From Barthelona sp. PCE (taxonomy: Eukaryota), in NCBI GenBank assembly GCA_040285745.1, contig JAUFOR010000004.1, forward strand, positions 744,001-808,000: a stretch of 64,000 nucleotides of DNA, in the 5' to 3' direction. Below, piece after piece: positions 19,877-34,800 of this stretch. The notes under the pieces were generated by a model that had not been told where the DNA came from, searched no databases, and saw only the letters and a program-made list of their open reading frames with translations. Positions within the stretch are counted from its first letter, which is position 1. Each line of letters begins with the position of its first letter. A program made the translations under genes and the position numbers.

Positions 19877-22800
19877 TTAGTTCGTTTGAAGCATAGTCAA
19901 GAATTCAAAAGTGCTATTATGACATTGCGCATGTGGACTCAACGCAACAAAGCGACTCAAAATACCCTTGACCTTATCAGTATCTGTGGTAGTAAATAGA
20001 ACTGTTGAAAGTCTATTGTAAAAAAGCTCTTCATCTTCATCAATATCACAAAAAGAATTAAGCATATGACCAAACTTTGATGCAAAAAGTGGTAGAGGAA
20101 TGTTCTTTGATCGTTCATGAAGGTATAAAGAATTCACATTACTGCAGCTATTGATTGAGCTGTTGTTTCGAGAAATTCTACCAAGACCAAGTGCTGCAAT
20201 TGGCATAGTTGAATTGTTAAACATATTCGTGTAACTGTCTACGAAGGGATTAAAATCTAGCGTTGTGAGTTTCGAATTCTTATCCAACTGACACTGATGG
20301 TTTATGTGGAATTTTGATAAAACAAGACTATCTTCTGATTTAATCTTTGTTTTATCACTTATAACACTGAGTTTCAAGGACAGGTCACTTGAAAAGCGTG
20401 ATTTTGATTGCATTATACTCAGATACGTGTAGTGGAAGAACCTCTGTAGATCTGGTATGATTGAAACGTCAATCGTCTTTGTCTTGCCTAATAGAAGCGG
20501 CTGGATACCGTTAATCATTGCCTCCATATGCTGTGAGAGACTTAGCATTATGAGTATACTCTCCATTGGTAGATCTTGTTCACCAATGTTCTTCAGCGTA
20601 TCTGACAAATTTTGGACCCATGTGAATAACTGTTTTAGCTGATACAGAGAGTTCAGGCCTTCACTTGTCTGAATTCCACCATTAGAAAGACACAATTTTA
20701 ATACTGTGACTACAGACATGCCATGCTCCTTGACAAATGCAAGATGTGAGAAAAAGGATGGTGGTAATGTGTACTTCGTTGTGGGGTTTTTTTTAGGGAA
20801 GAATGGCAACTCAGGGAGATGCTTAAGGAAGAGGCGGACAACTGATGGTGAGTACGTTGATTGAATGAAAGGCATGTCGCAGCGATCAATCGCATGACTG
20901 AAGTTTTGACTGTACATAACCTTGTTGAAACGAAGCGATGATTTAATAATGTCTTCTGAATCAAACAGATCAGGTAGAAGCTCACTAAGAAGTGATACAC
21001 CTGTGATGTTAAAGAGAGCAGATGTATCCTGGGTGGGGAGTACCTTAAGTCGCTGTGAGTTTTCGTTGTAGATGTGGTTCCAAAGCATAAGAGATGGATA
21101 ACCAAGTGCAATTTCATCTCTCTCGCGTTTCTCTTTGATCATATTACCCTTGTCATCAAGGAAGCAGTCAACAACAGAAGCGATGTTGTAAGAAATGCCT
21201 GGGATCGGGAATGATTCATGTATCATCTCCACTGCTGCATGTCTGATACCGTTGTATTGGGCGACACTCTTAATGGCCGTATTATCAGAAAGGTGGTTGT
21301 TTGAGATGCCAGCAGCTGTCGCATAGAAGACACGATATATGTGAGAGACCATCAGGTTTTGAGTGGATGATGTGGAATCGCTAACGTGCATTCCGCTGAG
21401 ACATGCTGAAGCATATGCGTAGCCCATTCGAAGTAGGAACGAATTTAACTGCGTTGAGTTCTCCATCTCATTTGATGAATAAAAGGATGATGGTAGCGAC
21501 AGTAGAAGATTTGGTAACAATGCTTGTACAGTTATTGGTGTTGAGAACGAGAATACATTGAGCGACTGGCGTCTGAAAACATCCTTTAGCTCATCAGGAA
21601 CATCGTACTCATCGTTATAGAAAATGCAGAAGAAGAAGTTCAACTTGTTCAGCTGTAAACAGAAGTTGTTGAGATCCTCGAAGTTGGTGTTCTGCGTGAC
21701 GGTTATGCAAATGACACGACTCTTTGGATCGTGCATTTTGAGGTGGTCGATTGAAGAAATCGACACTGAACTGTGCCAAATCGCTGTGTATCGGTTGTCT
21801 GAGAATACTCGAGACATGAATAACGGAATATGATGCTTGTACGTGAATGCAACACCATATCCCAGACCAGTTCTACCAGTGATCGACTTTGACTTCAGCA
21901 AGGTTGACAAAACATTATTCGCCATGATGACATCGGGATCAGTCATAGTTTGCGATATATCAGCACCGCATATAAATTCAATGAATGAACGAAGCAGAGA
22001 TGTGAGCAGTGAAGAGTTGGGATGAGAATCAGATACAACAGCACCATCAACAATGCGTGGGATTGCTAGAGATCGTGTCAAGTTGTACACAATGACGAAT
22101 AACTGCACTTTGTTCAGATGCTCAAAGGAAGCAAACTCAGAAAGAATTTCCAAGAACTCAATGAGAATGATCTTATGTGATGAGAACATTTGCTGTTCGA
22201 TATTATGATACAATTGAGTGAAAATATCGCACTTTGCTTGGAATTCTTCCAAGAATTCACTGAAATCAAAGGAAATGATGTCTATACTTGAGAGATATTG
22301 CAGCCTGTACAATCCGTTGCTATCATACTTGCATTCTTCGACTTCGGCATTGATTGGGAGCTTAATAGTTGAGTAGTCAATGTCAAGTAATGCCAGTATA
22401 TTAGACGTCACATCTTTGTACGAACTGTACGACTCCGTTGAAACATGGTCACTATGCTCAACCCCATCAAAGAAGGCCATCATTGCAAGTAAGTAGAAAC
22501 GCTCATTCAACGGAATTTGGTATAGAATAATCTTCTTCAGGTTAGTTAACGAATCAAGTAACATATCCAGACGTGCTTTGGTACCAATTGGTGCATTTTT
22601 AGCCCCACTAACAACCATTTCAACAAAGTTAAGAACTTGGTTAAAGTTAAAATATTGGAAATTCTTCAAGAAGTTCTTGTACAAATCTGTGAAATTCTTA
22701 ATAAACAAAACAAACTCTTTGGCGAATTGAAGATATATACTACTGTAGACATTTAAGAAATCAAAACGTTCATTGACGCGCTGAATCTCTTTTTGGTTGT

Positions 22801-25800
22801 TGTTCAGGTTTTCAAAAAGATAAACCAAATTGCTAAAGATGCTATCGATGTTGGTAATATTTGAATCAATCTGACTGGTTGTAAGGAATATATCATTCTT
22901 AATTGTAGTTGTTTTTTCCTGGAAAACCTGCAATTCTTCTTTGAGTCTGAAAAATTCCTCGCATAAATCAGGTGAATCGCACTTGAATATATGCTTGAAG
23001 ACAACACGCTCCATCAATCCGTTTGAAGGAGAAAGTTCAATGTGATTGAAGAGAGTGCTAACCGACTTGACATTCTCAAACAGATCAGTAGAATCAACGA
23101 CGAAGAAAATATTGGGCAGTCTGTCAATGTCTATATCATACATAACACCATTCACCTTGAAATAATTGAAAGAACCGGAGAAGCAGTTGAATAAAGTTCC
23201 AATTGCTTCTTGGAAGATACCCAAGTCTTTGCTACTATTGAGACGCCATATGATACAATCTTCGTTGATCACCTCCTCATAGTTGTATGTGGCAAAGTCG
23301 TGCGAAGGAATATTGAGATATGATCTCATTATTGATGCGGGATCGTATATGATCATGGGTGCATAAACGGACGAAACCATTGCACCACAGAAGAACTGTG
23401 CCAACTCCGGGTCACCAGCCACACAATGAAGTGATTCGGGGAGAATAGAGCACACAACATCCCTACGCTCAAAGAAAGTTGTAAATGAAACATTTTCATT
23501 ACTAGGCATTATGTTTTCAATCATATTGCTGAGTATTTTGTCACGACTACTGTGCACGTGGTTGCGATACTGTAGATATAACATGACAGATAAGGTATTC
23601 CAGAAAACATTGATACGAGAAGGTGTAGATATGTGAGTACAGTTTTTCATAATATCTTTAAGGTCATTGACCACTAAATCAAATTGTAAAAGATTACGTT
23701 TGATATTAGCGAGGAAATTTTGGTTCATTCTGATTTTTTTGGTTAAAAACTCCAGTTTTTCAATGTATTCCTTTTGTTTGCTTTGATTCTTCTCAATCTT
23801 CGTTTCAAACAATTTGATTACATGTTCTAAGTTATCAAATTCAGTCGAAAGCTCTTCTCTTCGTGTTATCAAATGGAAACGATCGATATAAATAGTAACC
23901 AGAGGCTCCAAATAAACAAAGAACTTCAAGAGTCTGACAGCAACTGGTAACACTGCAGAGAGAAATGCAGCACTGAAATGCGGTTGATTGTAAAGCAACT
24001 TCATGAGAGAGAAGTTATTTAAACCTAAACCACCAATTAAATCGCGGAAAGGAACGGAAAAATCAGAATCAGTGATTTTGTTGAATTCAACTTCCATTGA
24101 TGTTGGATAAGAATAAGTTCCGGAGGAATGGTCAATAACTACTTCAAGATTAGGACTGAAGAACGCTAAAATGAATGCAAAAGTATCTTGAACAACCAAC
24201 CAATCAGGGTTTTGTTTTGCATTTTCAAAAACACGACGGACAAGAGTTGGAATTTCCTTCAGATGCTGAAATTCTTCTTCAAACTTCTCAAGCATGATCT
24301 GACTGCGTTCGTTGAAAGTAGCAATGTTCTTATTGATGCTATCAAGTTCAAGTGACACACCCATCAGTTGAGTTGATGAATTAGATTTCTCAACTTGCCA
24401 ATCTGCTAATTCGGTTGAGATTTCACTGAGACAATCAAGCTCCTTTCCCTGTAGTTCCTGGAGGCTATCAATTTCCTCTGTGGAATTCGTGTTCTTGCTG
24501 CGTACAGTTTCTTCAAGACGTAGTAAGACTTGGAGACTCTGTTGCAACCTGTTCATTGTGTCTGCGTCTGACTCAAAAGATTTGACAGCTGCCAAGAAGA
24601 CATTGCTCATAATGAGACCGTATTTGCCTAATGTTGTTGGTGTAAGGTGAACGGTGAATATCTGTGATAAATCGGGAATATTGCGGTAGAGAGTCTTTTC
24701 CAACACAGTATGAGCATCGAAGTTGATTTTCTCATTCACACTGTTAACCAAAATTTTGCGTTTAGCATTAATCTCCATTTCTGATTGTTCTTCCTTCGTT
24801 TTGCGGCGAGCACGGCTCCTTTTCTCCTTCTTTTCTTCCAGAACAACTGTCTCACATTTGGGTTTGTAAGAATCCAACATAGAGATGAGTTCATCAGCAG
24901 TAATGTTAAGAGATGATGTGTCTTCATCTCTCTTCTTTTTCTTCTTCCTCTTCTTTGCTTTCTTTTTGCGTTGTTCCTTGGAAAATTCTTCGCTAAGATT
25001 CTTACCTTGAGGAAGGATTTGTACAAAACTAGCAGTTAGTGTCGCAACACATTTTCCAAAGTCAAAGCTCATAAGCTGCTCAATATTTTCAGGTTTCGTA
25101 TCTTTGTGTCCAATTATCTTATCATTCAGTAATTTTTGAAACTGAGGCGCTTCGACTATACCCGCACTGAAAGTGTTTTGAATCTCTAAAACAGGGAGAG
25201 TCTTCCACATTACACTTAATGCAAATTCTACAGGTAACCAGTCAATTGAACACGTTGTATCTGTGACAATCACCTTAATATGACTAAAACTATCAATATG
25301 TGACAATAAATCAAGCAAAAATGACTCACGCTGTTTAGCAACCGAACCTCGAACGATAATAAGAGAATTATCTTTGATATCAGCCATCTGAGTACCCATT
25401 TCTAAAAACACCGGTCTTAGCGGCAGTGATAGGAATAATATAATGCAACGAATAAAGTTGAAATCATATAAAGGAAGATAGTAGCGTGAAACAACATCGC
25501 TTTGCATGAGAATGTGAATTCCCTTCACATGTAACTGACTCAACAAGAAAGCTGTCTGGAATAATTGTAGATGACAGCTCTCAGATTCTTTAACGTAAGG
25601 GTGTAAAGGCTCTGGAACGAACTGGATGATTGCATTATTAAATTCACTAACACTGAAATATTGGACGCAGTAAGATCCATCAACGTATCGAATCAGCGGT
25701 AGAACACGATCAAACGAATTAACAACGTTTGGCATATTCTTGCTCAGTTTTGATGGGGAAAACCCAGATGTCACGCTTTGTGTCTCACTGTGCTGATCTG

Positions 25801-28800
25801 ATGCACCAGCTGAAGACATTGTTGACTGGAATGAATCACGGTGACCCTTTGAAATTGAGAAAACCTTGCTCATTGTGTGAGTGAAGCTCTTATCGAAGTC
25901 TACATCGACCAAATCATGCAAATAAACCTCTATAATACTGAAAGAAATCCTAAGAAACTCTGAAATTTCCAATTTGGGATCAGGTTTAATGTTGAGTAAA
26001 CTCTTAATAATATTAATGAATAGTAGCTTTGACATTCGACGATGTTCGGGCTTTAGATTATCAAGGAAACGTTCAATAATGTTAAAGAGTGTGTTCATCA
26101 GTTGTGGTGTAAAGCAATGATATCCATTACTCTCCTTGAATATATTCACGCACAGTTTTCCAGCTATCTCTCTTGGTGAAATATCGGTTGTGATGAACAG
26201 AGGAAATGTACGTTGAGATAACTTATTATTCATTGCACCTCGCGTCTCAGACGCACAAAAGTACAGATCATTAACTGTGACCATCGATCTAGGGTCATTT
26301 GTGTCAAGATGGAACACATTATCTGTGACTAGTGAGTGTATTATAGTACTTTCCATTGTGCTATTGTTGATACTGTCCAGTTTGAAGATATGCGCAATAT
26401 CATGAAACTTCTTCTTTGGGACATAAACACCAGAGCTAACCTGATTAGTCCTACTCTTAACAATATCGAGAATGGATGTTTCACTATATCCTTTTAATCG
26501 AATAAAGTCCATTGTCTCGTCAACATCAAAAGTTGACTGGTCTTGTTGTGTGAGGAATAGTGCTTCAAGAAGAGTAGATCTGCCTGAATATGATGTTCCA
26601 CACAAGAGTGGGATGAGAGGGGTTCCAGTACTAAGTTCGTTCTTTCTGTTTGTGAACAAAAGATCAACAAGGAACTGAACGCTTGCAAACTCCTTCGAGA
26701 AAATGACGTTGATATTCTGAGCGTTGATAACTGCATCAATATTCACCAATCCACTTTCTATAACACACGGTTCAATTTTGCTGTCTATGATGAGGTTTTC
26801 AGCAGGTAACCATTCAGCAGAATGTACGTCAATGACATAGTCAAATATACTGGGTAGACTAACCTGTGTTGGGTTTCTACGTCGATAGTTCAGTGAGGAG
26901 CGACTGAGTAACTGTGTCTCCTTGATGCTATCAACTGTGTTCATTATACTATCAGGGATACCTGGTAGTTTTAATGACAAATACAAGAATACTGTAAACT
27001 TCTTCTTGTCATCGTTGGAAAGGACAGAACCCAAACATGTAAAGAGCGCGTAAGAGAATATCCTGCGAACTATATGAGAGGGAAGAGGGAAGTTGAATGC
27101 GCTGGTGTTTCCAGTGAAGTTAATAATGAGGGCACCAACAATTTCACTCATGATCCTGATACAAGAGTTCCTGGTCAGGTGGCGTAACGGCTTCAAACGA
27201 AGTGGGTTATCCTCCAATGAAGGTGTGAACAGGAACGTGTATGCACGGTCAAAGAAGGTCAAGAAAAGCCATTCAAGTAATTGGTACGTGTGTTCAATCG
27301 TGATTGACCCACTACGTCTCTTATCCTTTTGCTGTTCATCAATCTCACTTTCAATCTCCATCTCAATCAACGAGGAATTTGTATTGAACATTGTTAAGTT
27401 CTCAATGGTTGGTGAAAAGTCATAGTTCATCTGAGAGCTGTTGGCTTTCTTCAGTTCGAGATTCTTCACCTTCTCAACTACAATTTTAACCAAATGCTTC
27501 CAATCAATTGCATCGCTGTTCATATAAAAGACAGGGATCACCGACCCATAAACAGATTTTTGAACAGAACTGGGCAACTCTACAATGAAAACAAACTCAT
27601 TATTCATGAGATAACGTTCTTCCTTTTGTCTTAAGAATGAACGTGTTGTGAACATTGATGTACCAAAACTCAGCAAGTTATTCAGGTGCGGACTATTCTC
27701 CTCAGTGATATGCACATGAATGAATGTACAGTAGTTATTTGAGTCCAGGTTTGGTTTTGTTATTGGAACAATGATGTCTTCAAAGGACAGATTGGGGTCA
27801 AGCTGATCGAGGAACACTTCCTTATATTCAATCTGTTTCGTTATAAGCTTCTCCAAACAGCGGACAAGAGCACGGATAAGTGTTGTTTTACCGCTACAAG
27901 AATCACCTGAAAGACCAATGAAGTTTGAGAAGAGCAATGATACAAACATATTTGAAGCTAGTTTTTGAATATGTGTAGATGGTGATAGTAATCCTAGAGA
28001 GTCATATACTACTGCCAACTCCGAACAAAGTGGTGTATCATACAGAATCTCGCCAAACTCTTCCAACGTGCCAGTTGAGTGCAATGTTTTTCCTGACTTC
28101 GTTGATTTGAAAGATTTATGAGATCTAGCGGAATTTTGTCCAATATAAGGCGTGAGAGTCGGTGCATTATGAACACTGCTCAACAGCAGATCATGTGGAA
28201 CATGCTTGAACTCATGAGAAAGTCTTAGGTTAAATATTTGTTCAAGTAATTTGTTAAATTGTGACAAACGAATATTACCAACGTTAAATGTAGCCAAATC
28301 TTCAAGTTTGATGGGAAGGATACGTGAATTCAGTTGCATAGTGCTAGGACTTGGCTTTATCGATGTTGTCCTATGATCAGACCTTGATGTGCTCTCATAC
28401 ACCTGCTTTTTCTTATTTGATGCGTCTGCCTCATAATATGTCTTGTAGAAACTGAAACTTAGATCATAAACTTGACTATTCTGTTCAAAATGATAAATAT
28501 CTAAAAGAGAGCTTAACTCTTCATCGTTTTTAAAGGTTGAATCAAACACATAAATCAAGGATGTTACGATGATTTGGGACTCATGGCTGGTGACAGAGTG
28601 AATGTACTTGCTATTTTGTTCAGAATCCTGTATGGAGAGTGAACAGTTTTTCTCAAGAGCGTCACGATCTTCTTTAGCTACAGAAAATGCACTAAATAAA
28701 TGGTTAATGTAGTTAGATGGTAGTACAGTATGTTCTCTGCCTTTCATAATCGAAATAATGTGTAACAATTGGAGAACTTGACCATATCCAATGGTTGTTT

Positions 28801-31800
28801 TCATTTCCCTCTCAAAACATTCAAAAAACAATGATATTTTCTTAGCCAGACCTGAAGCATCGACAAAACCCTCAGAAATAAGAGATGTGAAGATTAGAGA
28901 TCCGAAATTCGGCTTAGATAAAGATACTGAGCGGGCAAATTGCTTAAGTATTTTCTTCTTCTCATCAGAGCTTTCAACAAAGGTCTGACTTAAAACAAAT
29001 CCACTGTTTCTATCAATCTTCAATGGGTGAGATTCAATATTAAGTTGTATAACCGATGAGCTTTCCTTCTTTGCATTTTCATAAATAGTACAATAATGGT
29101 TCAGTTCTTCTAAAACTGTGTTTTTCAAGCAGTTGATGCCATGGAATAAGACCCAGATATCAGTACCTATAGCTGCGTTGAACAATCGAGAAAGCTGGGC
29201 AGATGAACAACCCAATGCACAGTTGAGCGTGAGGATCATCTTACCCGCAAAAGTAGAAACAAAACGCATAATATCATGTGATATTGAGCTCTTTGAGTCT
29301 TTTAGAACAAAGTATTGTCCACTATTAATATAATTTATGATTGTAGTCGCCAACTGCACATAATCAGTAGTAGAAACTGGAGCAATTAACTGCGAATGTG
29401 TATGAAAAGTAGTTGGTGACCGCTTTCGATACGATAGAAAATCATAGCCGTACGTCATCATGTTGAGACCTAAACCGATCAGGAGCTCCTGTTCGTCTTT
29501 TGAAAGATAAACACGGAATCGTGAAGCCCACTCAACATCATACGTGCTCTTCACTCTTGAACGCAGTATATGCTCAAACACATCCTTATAGTACAAACAA
29601 TTTGAAAGAATATACTTGAGCTTAACAACAGAAGTGTAATCTGTGTAAGTGACGCCCAATTCCTCCAAAGCTGCATTGTTAGGATTGCCGTAGAAAAGAG
29701 AGCTTAGCTGACAAATCATAATGCTTAGTTGATTCAGAGCATTATTTGACTCCAATCGACCAGCAGAACCCGACATGGTTGATGACTCAATTAAATTTGT
29801 GAGTGTAACGGAATTGGCGAGCATTACGGCCTGTAAATGATGAGTGTTCAGAGAGTTTAGTACTGAAGCAACACTGAAATTGGCGTCACAACAGCATTCA
29901 ACAATACTCTTTTTGCTCGCCAACTTAACAGCATCCTTGATTGTGTACATGAACGTTCCAATCTGATGAATTAAATCTTCACCATGCAAATCAAACAGAT
30001 CAATGGACTGCTGGAAACCAATATACTCATTAAGGTTGGTCTTAAAACCAATAATGACCTGGGGAAGAAACTTATCAAAGACTAATTCTTCAATAAACGG
30101 AAAAACACTGTGCAATAATCGCACGTCAACGAAATTATCCTTCTTCTTCTTCGCATCCACATGAATTGTACCCAGCTCATCTGTTGAGTTAACATCCATA
30201 TGGTTAACAAACATTTCTCTATTAATGGGACTAAGTGTAGCCAACAAACTGAGCAAGTGCTCACGTGTGATGAAGAAAAGAATAGGGTGGTGCGCACGTT
30301 TCATCTCTAACAATTCTTCTAATTTCTTCTCCATATGAGAAATGAGAGATGCGAGTTGTGGTAAGAAAGTCTGACTCATGAGAGACAACTCAAAATCATT
30401 ATCCTTCATGTTAATAAAACAAGGCAAAAGTAGAGCGTCACAATCCTTGATAAATGAGATGATTGAATTCCAAAGACCAGAAAGACCACTAAATACGTTG
30501 AAGACAGATGTGGCACTTGTATCACTTTCCTTAAGAAGATTGAGACCGGGGAAGATTTTGTGCAATAAAGTGAGTTGATGTTGGAGATTCTTTAATTGTA
30601 TTAATTGAGTTTTAATCTCCATTAGGATGCTTATCCACATCTCAACGTTTGAACAAACATGACTTTTAATGATGAACTTATTGATTGTAAACGCCTTTGT
30701 GAGTTCAATTTTGGCAATCGTTAGCTTATGATAGTACAAATCGCAATACTCCAATAATTTTTCGATTGTATGATCGGAGACCACCTCCACTTCAGGGAGT
30801 AACTTGGTAAACGTCAAACAATGTGCTGAAAAGCGATATATAACTTCATCAAGGGTATTTTGAATGCTGAATTCCAAAGAAGACAACGCAAGAAGCTGCT
30901 CAATAAAACTTTTTGATGAAACAACATCAAATTCAACTAAAAACTTCACACTAAGTTCGCTTAAATCAATTGAATCGGCAAAAACAATATCTTCAGTTAA
31001 AGAAGTGGATATAATATTTGTACTGTTAGCCTTTGCACTCAAGTGATCAGTTAAACACCTCCAGTAGAATGAATTCAATCTAGACGAAACCAACTTATGA
31101 AGAACGGGTAACAGTGCATCTAAGAGATCACGAGTTTCGTAAATACTCTTGAGTAGTGATCCACTCGAAAACAAACCTGCATTCAGACCAGTACCATCAA
31201 AAACACACTCAAGCTTCTGATTGAGCTTCATAAAATCAATTTCAGCAGAACCAAGATCAAGCTCCAATACCTTAGTGTTGAGAATAACGCTGCTTAAACT
31301 ATGGAATTCATCATATATATCAATCAAAGAACCACTCAGACTTGTCATCTGAATTATATTATCCAAATCAGGGTCCTTACCAAATAGCGGCAGATAAAAT
31401 AGCTCTGCACCAATATTAAGCAAATCTATATCATAAAGTACTTTGTCCAACATACTTGCAAAGTTATTATGTATCTCGCGGACTTGTGCAATCGAAATAT
31501 TGTTCTTTAAAGGTGAGGAACTCTCAATCTGGCTTGCTAATTTCACAAGATCAATGCGGATCTGCTTACGAATAGCCATGATCTGGTTAACAAGATCTGG
31601 TGTGAGGGACTTCAGTTTTGCTTCAGCCTCTTGTAATGAATGAACAACTTCTAACCAAACACTATCAACTGTTAGTAAAAGGAAGGCTTCTTCGACTTCG
31701 AACATTGTACTACCAGGGAAACATTCCTCGGTGACAACATGAAGTAATGATCCACGTCTGCTACCAAATGCAGAACCCATATCTGGTATATTTGTATCCA

Positions 31801-34800
31801 AACCAGAACCAACACTGGAAACGTCAAAATTGAACTGGAAGTTTTGATCAGCTGTCTCACTCTCAAACTCAATGCTGTTGAATGAAGCAATGGATCGATT
31901 AGATGGGATGGCAGAAACATCAATTTTCATTTCTTGCAGACGCTCATTCAAACGTTTACGGAGCGAATAACCACGGAAAATACGTTGAATGACGACAGCA
32001 GCATGTTGCTGCTTCTCTCTATGAGCAGCTGCAGCACGGGAAGGCCTGCGCTTTTTAGAGAATGGGCGTGAATTGAATAGCATAGTTTGACCAGTTTCAA
32101 AGCCACCGACAATTGAAGGTCTGCGGCTGGAAGGCCGGCTACGCTGCAACGGAACACTCTTCAGAGCTTCTATTGACATTGTATCCTCAAATACATCATC
32201 TTTAAAATCCAGACTCTCGCCTTCTTCAAATCCAGCATTGTGCGATTCTTGGATAAGGTCAAGTTCTGCTTCAAACTCCTGAACATGCATCTGTTTTTTC
32301 ATTGATCGATGTTGGCATTCCTCTTCAAACACCTGTAACGGACTTGGGATATTCGTTTTTTTTGTATTCTTGTAGTGTTTTAGGATACTTGAATACTGTT
32401 TTGCAATCTGTGTCGCATAGACGAGCGCTTCAGGCTGAACACCGGCGTTGTATTTCGCAATGAAATCATAGATTGCTTTGATTTGACCAATTTTAATGCT
32501 GATCTCTGTATCAGTATCCTTAACATCATTCACAACATCCTTCACAATTTTGAAGTCGTTGATTGTCTTGACGACGGAAGAGAATGAGTTGAGCTTCTCC
32601 GAGCAGTCACTGACAACACACTTGAGTTCAGTAGCGGCTAGTTTCCGCAATGGACGCGAACACAAATCGTACCATACCCTGAGCTCGCTTACTAGCGCAG
32701 CTTTGAGTGGCTTGAGACTTAAAGATACACCAGCCACTCGTGTGTACTTGACAAAATCATTGTGTTCAACGAGAATCTCCATTGAAGAGTTCAAATCCTT
32801 GAAGATTAATTCAGCGCTGTTAAGATCAAGGTTATTCAGTGAAATACTACCACTGTCATCATTACCAGAATTGAAATCATTAAATATGCTTGTTAAATTA
32901 GTAAACGGATCAGAAATGAAAATCCAGTCGAACTTGTTGCTGATATCATCTAACACATGTGAAAAGTTCTGCTGAAGCTTGCTGAACATCTCAAAGCACA
33001 AAAACATATTCAATATGTCCGTGTCCTCAAGGAAAGCATTGTAAATACTGCAGTTAAAATCAGGCAGCATACCCAAGCTATCAGTGCAGCATTCAACAAC
33101 TTCACATGCATCGTTAATACCCTCTACAATTGGTAAATCAGCAAAGCTATGGATTAAAATAAATAAAATCTGTCTGATACCATCCTTAAGTGTAAGCTCT
33201 GTGGAGTTATCGATTACTGGATACTGAATAAGAATATGGGGGACTTTAAGTACGACGTCAAGCACAAATACTGGTTTGTAGGTCCCGTCGTCACATAAAT
33301 AACCCTTTGTGAGAACGTTATGAAGAGATTTAAGATTCTCAATTACAACAAATTTCAAAACTCTAAAGATTTGTCCACTTAATCTTTGCTTGAATACGTT
33401 TAACTCTTTTAATAAATCTCCTTTTTTCTCTAAGAAAACATCAGTGTCATAACAGTTATCATTCTTTTCATATGAATCAACAATAAATTGTTCCAATTCA
33501 AACAAACTATCTTGAAGTTCAGCTAAAAACTTCTTGATACTTTGTATAAACTGTGAAATCGATTGCTGCTGAATATCTATGAAAGCTGTTAAATCAATAT
33601 TATTGATATCAATATCTTCATTTAAAACATAACTGAAATCAAAAATCTTATACTTCAGAAGTCGTAAAAGAGGATACAGCATGCGTTGATACAAAATATT
33701 GTCTAAAGAAGCTAGGTTGGCTTTAAGCAATGTGAGAGAGTGCTCACACTTGAACACGTACTCATCCAAAATCATAGAATTCCATGTAAGAATGGCAAGA
33801 CCCTTTGAAAAACTGGTTTCAACCAATTCAATGGCATGTAGTAGTAACGGAAACAGCAAGGGAGAAATCCTGCCGAACAAATCTTCACGAAGGGTTAATA
33901 ACTCTTCGAGTTTGTTTGCAAAATTTAGATAGTTGTTCTGCTGTTTCAATACAATTTCTGTACAGTTGGGTAAATCTAAAGATTTTCCACTACTGTCTTC
34001 TAAGGATTTAGAATCATAAACGCTGTTGAGGAATTTCAAATTCTTGATCATTTCCTTTAGCTGGGATGCAAACATAATAACAAGATTTTTATCCTTATCA
34101 AATGTTAAAAGGTTCTGGTTCAGGTTCAGTCGCAAAAGCTCAATGTGTTTAGTAAATGAATAATGATGAACAACTTCAAACTCTGTAAGATCGTTAAAAA
34201 GATGATTGTACTGAATAACAGTATTACTCAGGAACCCTGGTGACAGGAAAACACGCAGTTTTAACACACAATTCAATTCAGTAGTGAGTTTATCCGTGAG
34301 TACCTTAACCAGGCTTATCTTTGAACTTATGAGAGGAAGATTCTTAGAAGTGGGTTTGTCTTGATCCTTGAGGAACTTCTTCTTCAATTCTTCAACATTG
34401 TCTTCAAACTCCTTCAACAGTTGATTGGAAATATCTTCAAATGCTTGTTCAAGATAATTGAGCTTGTACAGTTTCTCCAATGACAACAACTGATTGATAC
34501 GCTCAACTAATGTCAGCTTATTGTTCTCGTTCAGCAAGAACAACTGTGGTAGATATTGATAAAGATCCTTTTGTACTTGAAGATTTGTGTTGATAACACG
34601 TGTGAAGATTTTTTTCAGATTTGTGTCAAAAGTAGTAAGAGGATCGAATGTACTTGTTTTTAGATTCTTCAACAAGTACTTAAGATACTCCAAACTATTC
34701 AATTTGATATCTGGTAAGTCATAGAATATGATATAAACTTCTAGAATTTGCTTTAAAAGCATAAGATTCTCTCTAAATTGATTAATATCATAGAATATAT

